In this document: positions 40,583-48,860 of the stretch, piece after piece | How positions within the stretch are numbered: position 1 is the first letter of the stretch | Layout of the letters: the number at the start of each line of letters is the position of its first letter | Virus record (IMG/VR): IMGVR_UViG_3300037264_003921 | Location: 32,001-96,000 of that record | Direction: 5' to 3' (one strand) | Source of the DNA: a virus | DNA: 64,000 nt | Position numbers and translations under genes: made by a program | Notes under the pieces: generated by a model | Databases searched by the model: none | What the model was told of the DNA's origin: nothing | Seen by the model: the letters and a program-made list of their open reading frames with translations, nothing else

Positions 40583-40950
40583 AATCCTATTGGAAACGTA
40601 TCACATTCACCAGGTTTTGCTGCTGCCGTTGTTGGGGGCTTAGAAGGAGCAGCGTCTCTTAACAATTGATAAAAATCATCAATTGACATGCATATATTGC
40701 AACCAGGCCTTGTTGGGGGGCCAGCTGGTAAAACAAAAAACAATTTTCTTGGATTACTAAATGCCTCCAATGTTGCGTCTGGTATCGCCATCAATGCATC
40801 ACGTAATGTTATAGTAGAAGCATTACAATCCATATTAACAGCCAAAGAGGTAGCAGTAAATCCAGTCACAGGTTCACATCCAGGAATCGAAATCAAATTT
40901 CCTGACATGACCTCCAATTTATTTGCAATATTAATGGTATCGCTAATCAT
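40576..40950 (-). CDS. Hypothetical protein, probably late/virion
   Basis: 124 aa; CAAAGATA 6 nt upstream. Confidence 0.6.
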   Translation of the reverse strand: MISDTINIANKLEVMSGNLISIPGCEPVTGFTATSLAVNMDCNASTITLRDALMAIPDATLEAFSNPRKLFFVLPAGPPTRPGCNICMSIDDFYQLLRDAAPSKPPTTAAAKPGECDTFPIGLC

Positions 40951-41120
40951 GTAATATATCTTTGGTTACAAACACGTTCCACAATATATTATCACAGACA
41001 TGTCTACGTGCGGCTTCTATCAATAGTAAAAACTGCTGCCGCCTTCAAGAATCGACGAAAGATGCATAGAGTAGATTTGAGAGTATAGCTTTATAATTCA
41101 AACATAATCAATACATTTAA

Positions 41121-42584
41121 ATGTATTTTATACTTATGGACCTTAGTAATTATAAAACAAACGATATAATAGACATACAATGTAATAAATGCAATAAACC
41201 ATATTCTCGTAAAAAACGTAGTCTAATTAAAGCCATCAAAAAGCATAGAACATTTTTATGTGCCTCATGTATAATGTACATGCAATCTGATAAATTAAGT
41301 TACAGAATTAAACTATTAAATGCTGATCCTGAATGGCACCGCAAAGTATCAGATGGCGTACATCGTGCTCACATTGATGGAAAATTTAAAAATAAGTCGG
41401 CTATAGTCAAGGATAGATGGAAAACTAATCCAAAATCATTCAATATATCACAATCACCAGAACGTTCAGAACATATATCATCTTCATTGAAAAAACATTA
41501 TAAAGTTAAAGCCAACCGCGATAGAACCTCAACAATAAGCAAAAAATTATGGAAAGATCCAGCATATCGAGTTAGACGCGCCATATCTCTAGCAAAATCA
41601 TGTTCTACCAATGAATACAAATTAAAATTGTCCAATGCCAGTAAAAAGATGTGGAGTGATCCAAATTACAGAAGGAAAATTCAACAATCAGCCAGCCAAA
41701 ATACAACAAGCATTTTAGAGGATTTAGCTTTTAATTTAATAAAACAACTAGACCCATCATCTGAGCAATGGTTTAAACATGGTGGATGGACATTCGATAT
41801 ATATTCGCCAATGATGAATACATTAATAGAAATTAATGGAGACTATTTTCACTCAAAGCCTGAGACATTAAATAGAGATAAAATCAAAAAGGACTATTTT
41901 AATAAAAACTTAGCCAATAAATTTAACCTTGAATATATTAATGAATACGAATTTTATGCTATTGGCAAACTGAAAGATCGTATTAATAAAATATTCAAAA
42001 TCACAAATTCGCCATTGCTTGACTTTGAACTGTCAAATGTTGATGTAAAGATGTGTACTGACATCAGTAGTAAGACATTTTTAAGTAAATACCATTACTT
42101 ATCAAAATATCGATACGGTGTCCATATTGGTGCATTTCTTAATAGCGAATTAATTGCCGTAGCTGTCTTCTCGCCAATAACACGCCAAGAAACAGCTAAT
42201 CGATTAAAATTATCGTCAAATGAAATCATGGAATTATCTCGTCTATGCATCCATCCACAACGACATAAACTCAATTTTGCTAGTTGGTTTATTGCACATG
42301 CAACAAAATTATTAAAATCAACAAAAGAATTAAAGGCTTTAATCACCTTTGCCGACACAACACTAGGACATGATGGCACAATTTACAAAGCTGCAAATTG
42401 GCAGTATGATGGCGACACAAAGCCAACTTACTGGTACATTGATAATAATGGTCATTATTACCATAAAAAAAGCATATGGGACCAAGCATCACGTTTAAAA
42501 ATGACAGAAAATGCGTATGCAGAAAAATTTAGGCTAATTAAAATAAATGGCAAAAAATTACTACGCTTCATTAAAAAATTATAA
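41121..42584 (+). CDS. Second Zn-ribbon + helical repeats + Vsr/DUF559-like nuclease + Mom-like GNAT fusion
   Basis: CNKC..CASC; FDIY..IEINGDYFH..D..K; FLSKYHY..ELSRLC..NFAS..TFADTTLGHDGTIYKAANW; PTYWY. Confidence 0.72.
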   Translation: MYFILMDLSNYKTNDIIDIQCNKCNKPYSRKKRSLIKAIKKHRTFLCASCIMYMQSDKLSYRIKLLNADPEWHRKVSDGVHRAHIDGKFKNKSAIVKDRWKTNPKSFNISQSPERSEHISSSLKKHYKVKANRDRTSTISKKLWKDPAYRVRRAISLAKSCSTNEYKLKLSNASKKMWSDPNYRRKIQQSASQNTTSILEDLAFNLIKQLDPSSEQWFKHGGWTFDIYSPMMNTLIEINGDYFHSKPETLNRDKIKKDYFNKNLANKFNLEYINEYEFYAIGKLKDRINKIFKITNSPLLDFELSNVDVKMCTDISSKTFLSKYHYLSKYRYGVHIGAFLNSELIAVAVFSPITRQETANRLKLSSNEIMELSRLCIHPQRHKLNFASWFIAHATKLLKSTKELKALITFADTTLGHDGTIYKAANWQYDGDTKPTYWYIDNNGHYYHKKSIWDQASRLKMTENAYAEKFRLIKINGKKLLRFIKKL

Positions 42585-42601
42585 CTCAAATTATATAATA
42601 G

Positions 42602-43345
42602 ATGGCTATTTTAGGACCAGCACAACTGCCTGTTGTGCTGAAGACAGACAGTAATCCGCTTAAAATGCATGCCATTAGTCAATTGGGCCACCCGGTGGTC
42701 CTTGTTGAACTAATGGAACCGCAGATGGAACAAGTTTTAAGATCAACTGGTGATTGGATAGCTCAATATTTTCCATTAGAAGAACGTTACGCTTTTTTTA
42801 TGACACAGCCACTTCAAGCTGAATATCCATTACCTGATGGCGCATATTGGATTAGGAATGTTAAATGGGACCCAGCTACTACCCGCATTGACGACATCTT
42901 CGGTGCAGAATCATTCCTATTCAACATCGGAAATATCTCAGGTATCCAAAATATATTGACAGATTACCACCTTCTTCAAGCATATAGAAAGTTTAGCCAA
43001 AGAATTTTAGGTAATGAAGGCCAGTGGGAGTTTAAAGTTGAGTCGAATACAATTAGATTGTTCCCAGTTCCAAAGGGCTCTTTCCCAGTCGTTGTCGAAT
43101 ATCTTCCATCTGTTACCGAATTTAAATCGCCACAAGCACGTGAAATCACATATCGTGCATTTTTGGCTCGTATGAAAGAAGCACTCGGCCACGCTAGACG
43201 CAAATTTGGTGGCATCCCAGGCCCTGATGGATCAACCATCAACTTTGATGGGGAGGCTTTAGTAAACGAAGGGCGCGAAGAGTATGAGAAAGCTCAACAG
43301 GATGCCATCTTACTTGGTGAGCCCTTGGGTCCTTATGTTTGGTAA
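42602..43345 (+). CDS. Neck protein (gp13-like head-tail adaptor)
   Basis: QLGHPVVLVELMEPQM; LARMKEALGHARRKFGGIPGPDG..NFDGEAL. Confidence 0.78.
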   Translation: MAILGPAQLPVVLKTDSNPLKMHAISQLGHPVVLVELMEPQMEQVLRSTGDWIAQYFPLEERYAFFMTQPLQAEYPLPDGAYWIRNVKWDPATTRIDDIFGAESFLFNIGNISGIQNILTDYHLLQAYRKFSQRILGNEGQWEFKVESNTIRLFPVPKGSFPVVVEYLPSVTEFKSPQAREITYRAFLARMKEALGHARRKFGGIPGPDGSTINFDGEALVNEGREEYEKAQQDAILLGEPLGPYVW

Positions 43346-43366
43346 AATATTAAACTAATTTTAAGT

Positions 43367-43627
43367 TTAAATATTTAAAGTTTTAAATAATGAGCCATCA
43401 GCATTAAATAAAGAGACAGTGCCAAATAAATCATCTGGTTTTGCCAATTTCAAATCTTTCAACGTCGCTATAGCTAATACTCTCAATTCTCCAGAATCAG
43501 AAATAGGCACATCATATTCAGGCGCACCAATTTGATGCTTCTCAGTATGGTCGAATTCGAAAGTTTCAAATTCAGCCGTCGTTTTCTTACTAAAGTCGTT
43601 ATCCAGTTCTATTATTGCTAAATACAT
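43367..43627 (-). CDS. Hypothetical protein
   Basis: 86-aa ORF. Confidence 0.55.
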   Translation of the reverse strand: MYLAIIELDNDFSKKTTAEFETFEFDHTEKHQIGAPEYDVPISDSGELRVLAIATLKDLKLAKPDDLFGTVSLFNADGSLFKTLNI

Positions 43628-43831
43628 TTGATCATCATCACTAAGATTATTATTGATTAGACCGAAATGCTGACTAAGTCCACCAAACGACTACTCAACC
43701 CATAATGGGATTATTTTACCACCAATTGGAATCATACCTTCTTTTGTCTTAGCTTCGAAACTACGGCCAGCAACCCATTTATAAACTATCTTATTCAACT
43801 GCTCATATAAAACTGACAATTGCATGACGGT

Positions 43832-44119
43832 CTACTTTATTGATCTATTAAAGTCTTGTGAATTTAGTTTCAATACTGAGTCTAAATAAACTATTTCGCC
43901 ATTTGGTAGTTCAAATAGCATCTTATCAGCAGTATAATGATTGCCACCAACCGACACACCAGTTGGTGATACAACGACTTGGTCAATTTTTATCAGCTTC
44001 TTATCAGCCTTACCACGTCTATCACGTTCTTCTTGTGTATCTAATGGCTCTACATTACCCCAATCTGCAAAACTCTCATCAGCTTCCATTAACTCAGCAA
44101 TTTTATCAGTAATTGACAT
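43832..44119 (-). CDS. Hypothetical protein, possible late/internal protein
   Basis: MSITDKIAELMEADE start; CAAAAATA 4 nt upstream. Confidence 0.6.
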   Translation of the reverse strand: MSITDKIAELMEADESFADWGNVEPLDTQEERDRRGKADKKLIKIDQVVVSPTGVSVGGNHYTADKMLFELPNGEIVYLDSVLKLNSQDFNRSIK

Positions 44120-44122
44120 ATA

Positions 44123-44692
44123 TTATTTTTGAGACGCAAGCATTCCAAATAGCTGTTTCATCAATTCATCGCTGATTTTATAAATTGAACACAGAGCAAG
44201 AACTTGTTCTGGCTTATAGTTAATACCAATTCGATTATGATACTTCAACATCCTTCTAGCGGTTCTTTCTGGCCAGATTATGTTCTCAACATACAAATCA
44301 GACATACCAGATTCTAAGGCTTCTGCAGCTTGGCTGGTGATTTCATTATACCCACTATCATACAAATTACACATAACCACAGACATATCATGTAATTCAT
44401 GCGGTTTATCAAAATACCAACATATATCAAACCTATCATCGTCATACACTAGATTATATGCCTTAATATATGCATCGTCATTATTAAAATAAAAATCTAA
44501 ATCTTTAGTTTTATAGCCTAAATGATATGCTAGTGCAGCGCCTCCACTAATAATGCCACCATAATCAAATAATTGACGAATTGTCGATGTTAATTGTAAC
44601 TCATGCTTGATTAATGGTCGTTTGGTAAGTGACACCAATCTGTTTACACGATTAGACGTAGCTAGCCTAAGATCTTTGCTGACAGAATTCAT
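44123..44692 (-). CDS. Nucleotidyltransferase-fold protein
   Basis: ISGGAA...KDLDFYF (GG plus DxD); later HD and ERTARRMLKY, as in PolyA/CCA-like phage NTases. Confidence 0.65.
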   Translation of the reverse strand: MNSVSKDLRLATSNRVNRLVSLTKRPLIKHELQLTSTIRQLFDYGGIISGGAALAYHLGYKTKDLDFYFNNDDAYIKAYNLVYDDDRFDICWYFDKPHELHDMSVVMCNLYDSGYNEITSQAAEALESGMSDLYVENIIWPERTARRMLKYHNRIGINYKPEQVLALCSIYKISDELMKQLFGMLASQK

Positions 44693-44985
44693 CTATTCGT
44701 GTGGACCATGTGGCCGACCATATGGATCTGGCGGCACAGGTGGTACATCGCTCGCACGTATTTTAGCACGTTGGGCGAGATGTGGAGGTCCCCATACGCT
44801 ATACATCTATGTTCAATCGCCTTAGCAATTAAATTACCGTCAAGCCCGAAGATTCTCCCCACATTTTCAACTTCCTTGACTGCATCAGTCAGTGGTTTAT
44901 TGTAATCCCATTCACTACCAATTAATGCTTGTGATGATAATTGTGATGGTGTTGTTATTGATCTAGGTGGTGACTGATCTTCATT

Positions 44986-45408
44986 TCGGCAGCAGGCACA
45001 CGAGTGCGAAGATCATTTGTCCTCCTTATGGATATATTCGGTGAGAGCTTCTTCGAGTAGTCCCATTCGCTTGCTTAAGGCTGTTGCAAGCTCTACGTCC
45101 GTGGGAAAGGGAGGCGCACGGTGGATGAATGTAGCAAGCGCAGTCCCTAGTGAGTGAGTACCGTACAATGCGAGGTACTTGTCAAGCAGTGCCATGGTTC
45201 GTTTCCTCCTTTGCCGCAGCGAGCGAGGTGGCGGGCAGGTGCCACAGTACCACGTCGCGTATTGTTGCGTTCATATAGGTATGACGACGAGCAACGGAAT
45301 CTGTTTCATCGAAAATTCGGTGAGAAGTGGCAGGTGGTAGGCGTTACTGTCAGGTAACGGCGGCCGGTCGAGGAGCTGGGAGAGGGTCGTCCCTACATGA
45401 TGCGGGAG
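44986..45408. other. GC-rich foreign insert A
   Basis: Line 45181-45240 is 38/60 G+C against AT-rich flanks. Sharp junctions; contains AAGGAGG-led ORFs. Confidence 0.7.
45013..45195 (-). CDS. 60-aa protein carried on insert A
   Basis: AAAGGAGG-aaacgaacc-ATG. Stop overlaps another AAGGAGG-led ATG. Confidence 0.6.
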   Translation of the reverse strand: MALLDKYLALYGTHSLGTALATFIHRAPPFPTDVELATALSKRMGLLEEALTEYIHKEDK

Positions 45409-45457
45409 CATAATTTTAGCAAGATTTTCAATAAAATCGTCCATTTAGTTATCCTAA

Positions 45458-45994
45458 CTATTGTGGGAAACCCATAAATCCTTTTAGATTTGGCAACTGT
45501 CCATATTTAACACCATTATAGCTGATATAGAATATGTCGATCCCAGGAGATGCAGTCTCTAGTGCTACTTTCAAATCAGCAACGTCATTTTGATTTTTAG
45601 TAGTAGGCAAATCCCCCCATCCCTGTGTTCCCTGCACTGGCGTCATAACAGACGTTTTCTCAGCATCCGTTGAACCACTATGTATGATTTTCGCAGTTGG
45701 TACAACTGGTGGGCGTGTAGAATCAGAGCTAGCCACAAATCCAACAATAGTCAGACGTGCGGGTGCTTGCCCAACTTGTGGTACGAACAATACGGGTGCT
45801 GCAACATTAAATCCAGCATCGATCAAATCATCTTCAACTTTTTGTGCTTTCTTCTCTAAATCTCTATGGTACTCGGCTTTGCGGCCGAACGCTCTTGATG
45901 GAACAACTTTTGCATATGCTACGAATGGTTCATATTTAGTGCCTTGAGGCCCACTAAGAGCTGGCATTCTTGTAGATGTAGAATAAAGTGTCAT
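45458..45994 (-). CDS. Hypothetical protein, probably late/virion
   Basis: 178 aa; CAAATATA 4 nt upstream. Confidence 0.65.
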   Translation of the reverse strand: MTLYSTSTRMPALSGPQGTKYEPFVAYAKVVPSRAFGRKAEYHRDLEKKAQKVEDDLIDAGFNVAAPVLFVPQVGQAPARLTIVGFVASSDSTRPPVVPTAKIIHSGSTDAEKTSVMTPVQGTQGWGDLPTTKNQNDVADLKVALETASPGIDIFYISYNGVKYGQLPNLKGFMGFPQ

Positions 45995-46073
45995 ATATTA
46001 TATTTGATGATACTATCAAAATTATGATAGACGAAATTTCCGCCCATTCCTATATTGTGCCAGTCCGCACAAA

Positions 46074-46331
46074 TTAACACACACACGATAGCGCTGATAT
46101 CGATGACGACGAAATGGATATGGGATTTGTCCGAGCCACTTCTAAAATATGCTTATGTAGATCTTGGCTTGAACGACCTCGCCCTAATGAATCGTAACAA
46201 ACGCGACAAGCCAATTCACTCAACTGCTCATATTGAGTGCCGATCATTTGACCATCAGATGGCTTATCCATTTCTTCAGGAATTAAAACTTCGCCGCCAT
46301 CATACACCAATTTAGCAATAATATGTTCCAC
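46074..46331 (-). pseudogene. thyX: N-terminal fragment of flavin-dependent thymidylate synthase
   Basis: LSELACRVCYDS...HKHILEV matches the ThyX N-terminus. The sequence breaks just before the expected GHxSxxEH, and there is no RHR motif. Confidence 0.65.
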
Positions 46332-46396
46332 AATTGCTAAAATACATGTTTAGATATAGTTTGGGCCAGCAATTTCTGCTGGCCCATCCCATTCAG

Positions 46397-46783
46397 TTAT
46401 ACTGATCTCAACTCGTCGTGTAGATCATCAGTGAGAGACCCAACCTTCTTGAGTAAGAAGATGTCCCTGCCGATACGCTTCGGCATCGCCAAATCGGCGA
46501 TACCAACAACTGCCTGCGCAGCTGTCACTACATCACGTAATTCACGAACTATTGGTAACCCAACTCTGTTATTGTCAACAGATGTCGTTACGATGTCATC
46601 CGATGCATCACGGGTTTCCGTAACCAGATCCTCATGACCTGGAACCGACATGACTGCTCCACGCATGCCAGGGAATCCCAGCAATGGAAGAATCGCCTCA
46701 TGACGTAGATCCTGACGATACGCACGTACGGTGTATTCCACCGAAATCAGTGTGTTCGCTGGTTGACTTGCCATTAATATCAC
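46397..46783 (-). CDS. Hypothetical protein, probably highly expressed; likely start MASQP at 46774
   Basis: AGGAGGTGA RBS; 10-bp-stem hairpin at 46362-46386 downstream. Confidence 0.65.
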   Translation of the reverse strand: MILMASQPANTLISVEYTVRAYRQDLRHEAILPLLGFPGMRGAVMSVPGHEDLVTETRDASDDIVTTSVDNNRVGLPIVRELRDVVTAAQAVVGIADLAMPKRIGRDIFLLKKVGSLTDDLHDELRSV

Positions 46784-46853
46784 CTCCTAAACGGCTAAGA
46801 GCCACAATGGCTCTGTCCTACTGTAAATTTGACTAAATATTATTAAAATACCG

Positions 46854-47243
46854 TTAAGGTTTAGATGCGCGTTCTCTTATATGAACAGTTTCAATAGATT
46901 TAATATTGTGTACCGTCATACCATCACCAATTAAGGAATCACATTCTATAATAATGGCGATCTCAGGATGCTTTAAAGATTCAAACAATTTCTTAGCATC
47001 ATCAAATAACTCTATGTCAGCAATTATTTCATCATTAAATAATCTTATATCATTCACTTTATGTGTAATGATTCCATCAACTGAATTAAAAGTCATTCTA
47101 TCAAAGATGCCACCAAATACCTGCCCACCACTCAATCTACGCCTAAGATCCTCATCCTTTAATGCAGATTCAATCGTTGCTTTCGGATATAAATTACCAC
47201 GGCTTGTTGGAAAGTCTACATATATTCCAGAGCCAATTATCAT
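46854..47243 (-). CDS. Degenerate prohead-protease (gp21)-like protein
   Basis: SRGNLYPKATIE...VFG...ITHKV....DEIIADIELFD parallels gp21 NGRIYP..GELDH..VSH..G..EILD. No SSRG catalytic motif. Confidence 0.45.
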   Translation of the reverse strand: MIIGSGIYVDFPTSRGNLYPKATIESALKDEDLRRRLSGGQVFGGIFDRMTFNSVDGIITHKVNDIRLFNDEIIADIELFDDAKKLFESLKHPEIAIIIECDSLIGDGMTVHNIKSIETVHIRERASKP

Positions 47244-47277
47244 CTAATCTCTCGTATTATATTCGTCTATGGCAATA

Positions 47278-48426
47278 TTAGTCAACAAATATATAGTCAT
47301 TATGATTTGGACCTGTCCCAATCATTACAACTGGTATACCTGCGGTCTCTTCCATCTTATCAATAAATTTTCTAACCTTAATTGGCAGTTTATTAAACTG
47401 CGTTCTGCCGCCATGCATCTGATACGCAGACCAGTCAATATATTGTGGAAAATTTAATATCTGTTTAGTAGCCCCGCAGAATGAAGCGGATTCTTTAAGC
47501 AATTGCCATGAGAATGTAAACACACGTCTAATCTTCTTAGTAACTGTGGTACGTTCTTTTTCTGCCAACACTGATATCTCTGATTCAGGCATACCAGCTT
47601 CCCTGCCAATCTGATCCCATGTTAATTCATGTTGATCAGACATACAATCACCAGAGTATCCAGTTTGTTTCCCATCTCTATAATTATTACCAACACGAAT
47701 AGGGAATGTTCTGACGTTTAGATACACGTCACCAACCATATTTGGTAATATGCCAAGATCAGAATATGCTTGTTGTGGTGTGCAGTCTCTGAACGTACAA
47801 TATGGATAGTGTGTGCCATGATTGACAGATAAAGCAAATCCTTGTGATACTTCATGCATAATTGAGTGCCCATCGCTTAACGTTCTGCGCACAGTATCAA
47901 CAAATTGCATAGGCGTCAAAGTACTCATAACGTCGCTAGCTAACGTTGTCTCCGGTCTGCGCATTGATTTCTCTGAAAATGCAGCTCCTGAGCCAGACAT
48001 TGTTGAAGAAACTCTTTCTGTTGATTGAGATCCATTAGGAGATTCAATATCAATATGCCGCTGGCTCATAATAACAGCGCGTTGATGGATTTTGACAAGT
48101 TTATCATTTATTTTATAGCCAGTTTGTTCAAGTTCCTTATTAAATTGTTCAATCATAAATCCAGATCCTGGACCAACAAATAAATTCAAATTGCTAAATC
48201 TGTCTGCTTTAGTCTTATGAAGAATCGCTGAAGTTGGAACTACTTTTGCAACAAATTTGACATTACCATCTAATCCATCAATGATGGCAGTATGTCCAGC
48301 ATTTGCATAATTACATGTTGAAACATTATTAATATTATATATATCAACAAGCCGCGTTGATGCAGCTCCTTTTGCAGAGCTACCCCAGGCTGAGTCAACA
48401 ATACAATTAAGTTTACCCTTTTGCAT
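47278..48426 (-). CDS. purZ: Adenylosuccinate-synthetase-family enzyme with PurZ signatures
   Basis: WGSSAKG (Ser where PurA has catalytic Asp), NAGHT, QGFALS..YPYCT.RD, RTFPIRVG, DQHELTW, TTVTKKIRRVFTFS, LNFPQY, GTGP. Confidence 0.78.
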   Translation of the reverse strand: MQKGKLNCIVDSAWGSSAKGAASTRLVDIYNINNVSTCNYANAGHTAIIDGLDGNVKFVAKVVPTSAILHKTKADRFSNLNLFVGPGSGFMIEQFNKELEQTGYKINDKLVKIHQRAVIMSQRHIDIESPNGSQSTERVSSTMSGSGAAFSEKSMRRPETTLASDVMSTLTPMQFVDTVRRTLSDGHSIMHEVSQGFALSVNHGTHYPYCTFRDCTPQQAYSDLGILPNMVGDVYLNVRTFPIRVGNNYRDGKQTGYSGDCMSDQHELTWDQIGREAGMPESEISVLAEKERTTVTKKIRRVFTFSWQLLKESASFCGATKQILNFPQYIDWSAYQMHGGRTQFNKLPIKVRKFIDKMEETAGIPVVMIGTGPNHNDYIFVD

Positions 48427-48512
48427 AATCCCTCCTGCCTACTGTATGAAATGCTTTACCATATTTAGCGAGTGTTTCATTAATATCTACATTCACTCAT
48501 TGTGTACAGTAA

Positions 48513-48857
48513 TTATAACTTGGATGCATGATCAATTGACATACGGAATGGCCAACACCTCCAACAGCGTGTGCATCGAACGGCCTTCCTGCCGTCGCGG
48601 GTAAACCGGTGTGAACAGGGGCTTGATCCGTCCGGGATGATATAGCCCTTGGCGTCCAAATGCACTGGCCATAACTCTTCGACCCATTCCTTCGCCTTAC
48701 AACCCATCCATTGGCATTCACGACGATAGCCGCCGCCGACAAATTCCTCGATGGCATACCACTGACTCCATGCATGGTGAATAGTGCCATTGGTGCATCG
48801 CTTAAGACGCTTTTTCTTGTTCACCTTACGCATGCCCATGAGATATTCTCTTATCAC
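48513..48857 (-). CDS. Cys/His-rich protein lying mostly on GC-rich insert C (about 48541-48840)
   Basis: Two C..H..RxCxx(x)C-like units. Line 48541-48600 is 37/60 G+C. Confidence 0.5.
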   Translation of the reverse strand: MIREYLMGMRKVNKKKRLKRCTNGTIHHAWSQWYAIEEFVGGGYRRECQWMGCKAKEWVEELWPVHLDAKGYIIPDGSSPCSHRFTRDGRKAVRCTRCWRCWPFRMSIDHASKL

Positions 48858-48860
48858 AAT

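Larger units (their letters stand above)
44689..45444 (-). pseudogene. Native 110-aa gene split by a 423-bp GC-rich insertion
   Basis: Removing 44986-45408 joins MDDFIENLAKIM to NEDQSPPRSITT... in frame. The joined frame ends in a TGA overlapping the next ATG. Confidence 0.55.

Noticed and set aside
46362-46386. 10-bp-stem hairpin as intrinsic terminator
   Set aside because: No U-tract follows on either strand; may only stabilise the mRNA.
47278-48426. Ordinary purA auxiliary gene
   Set aside because: Lacks the GDEGKG Asp, the TTGRxR Arg and the GTP-specifying Asp; PurZ-type residues are present instead.
48413-48545. TGA read-through joining CQLIMHPSYNYCTQ to VNVDINETLAKYG
   Set aside because: Single instance next to an insertion junction; better explained as a gene remnant.
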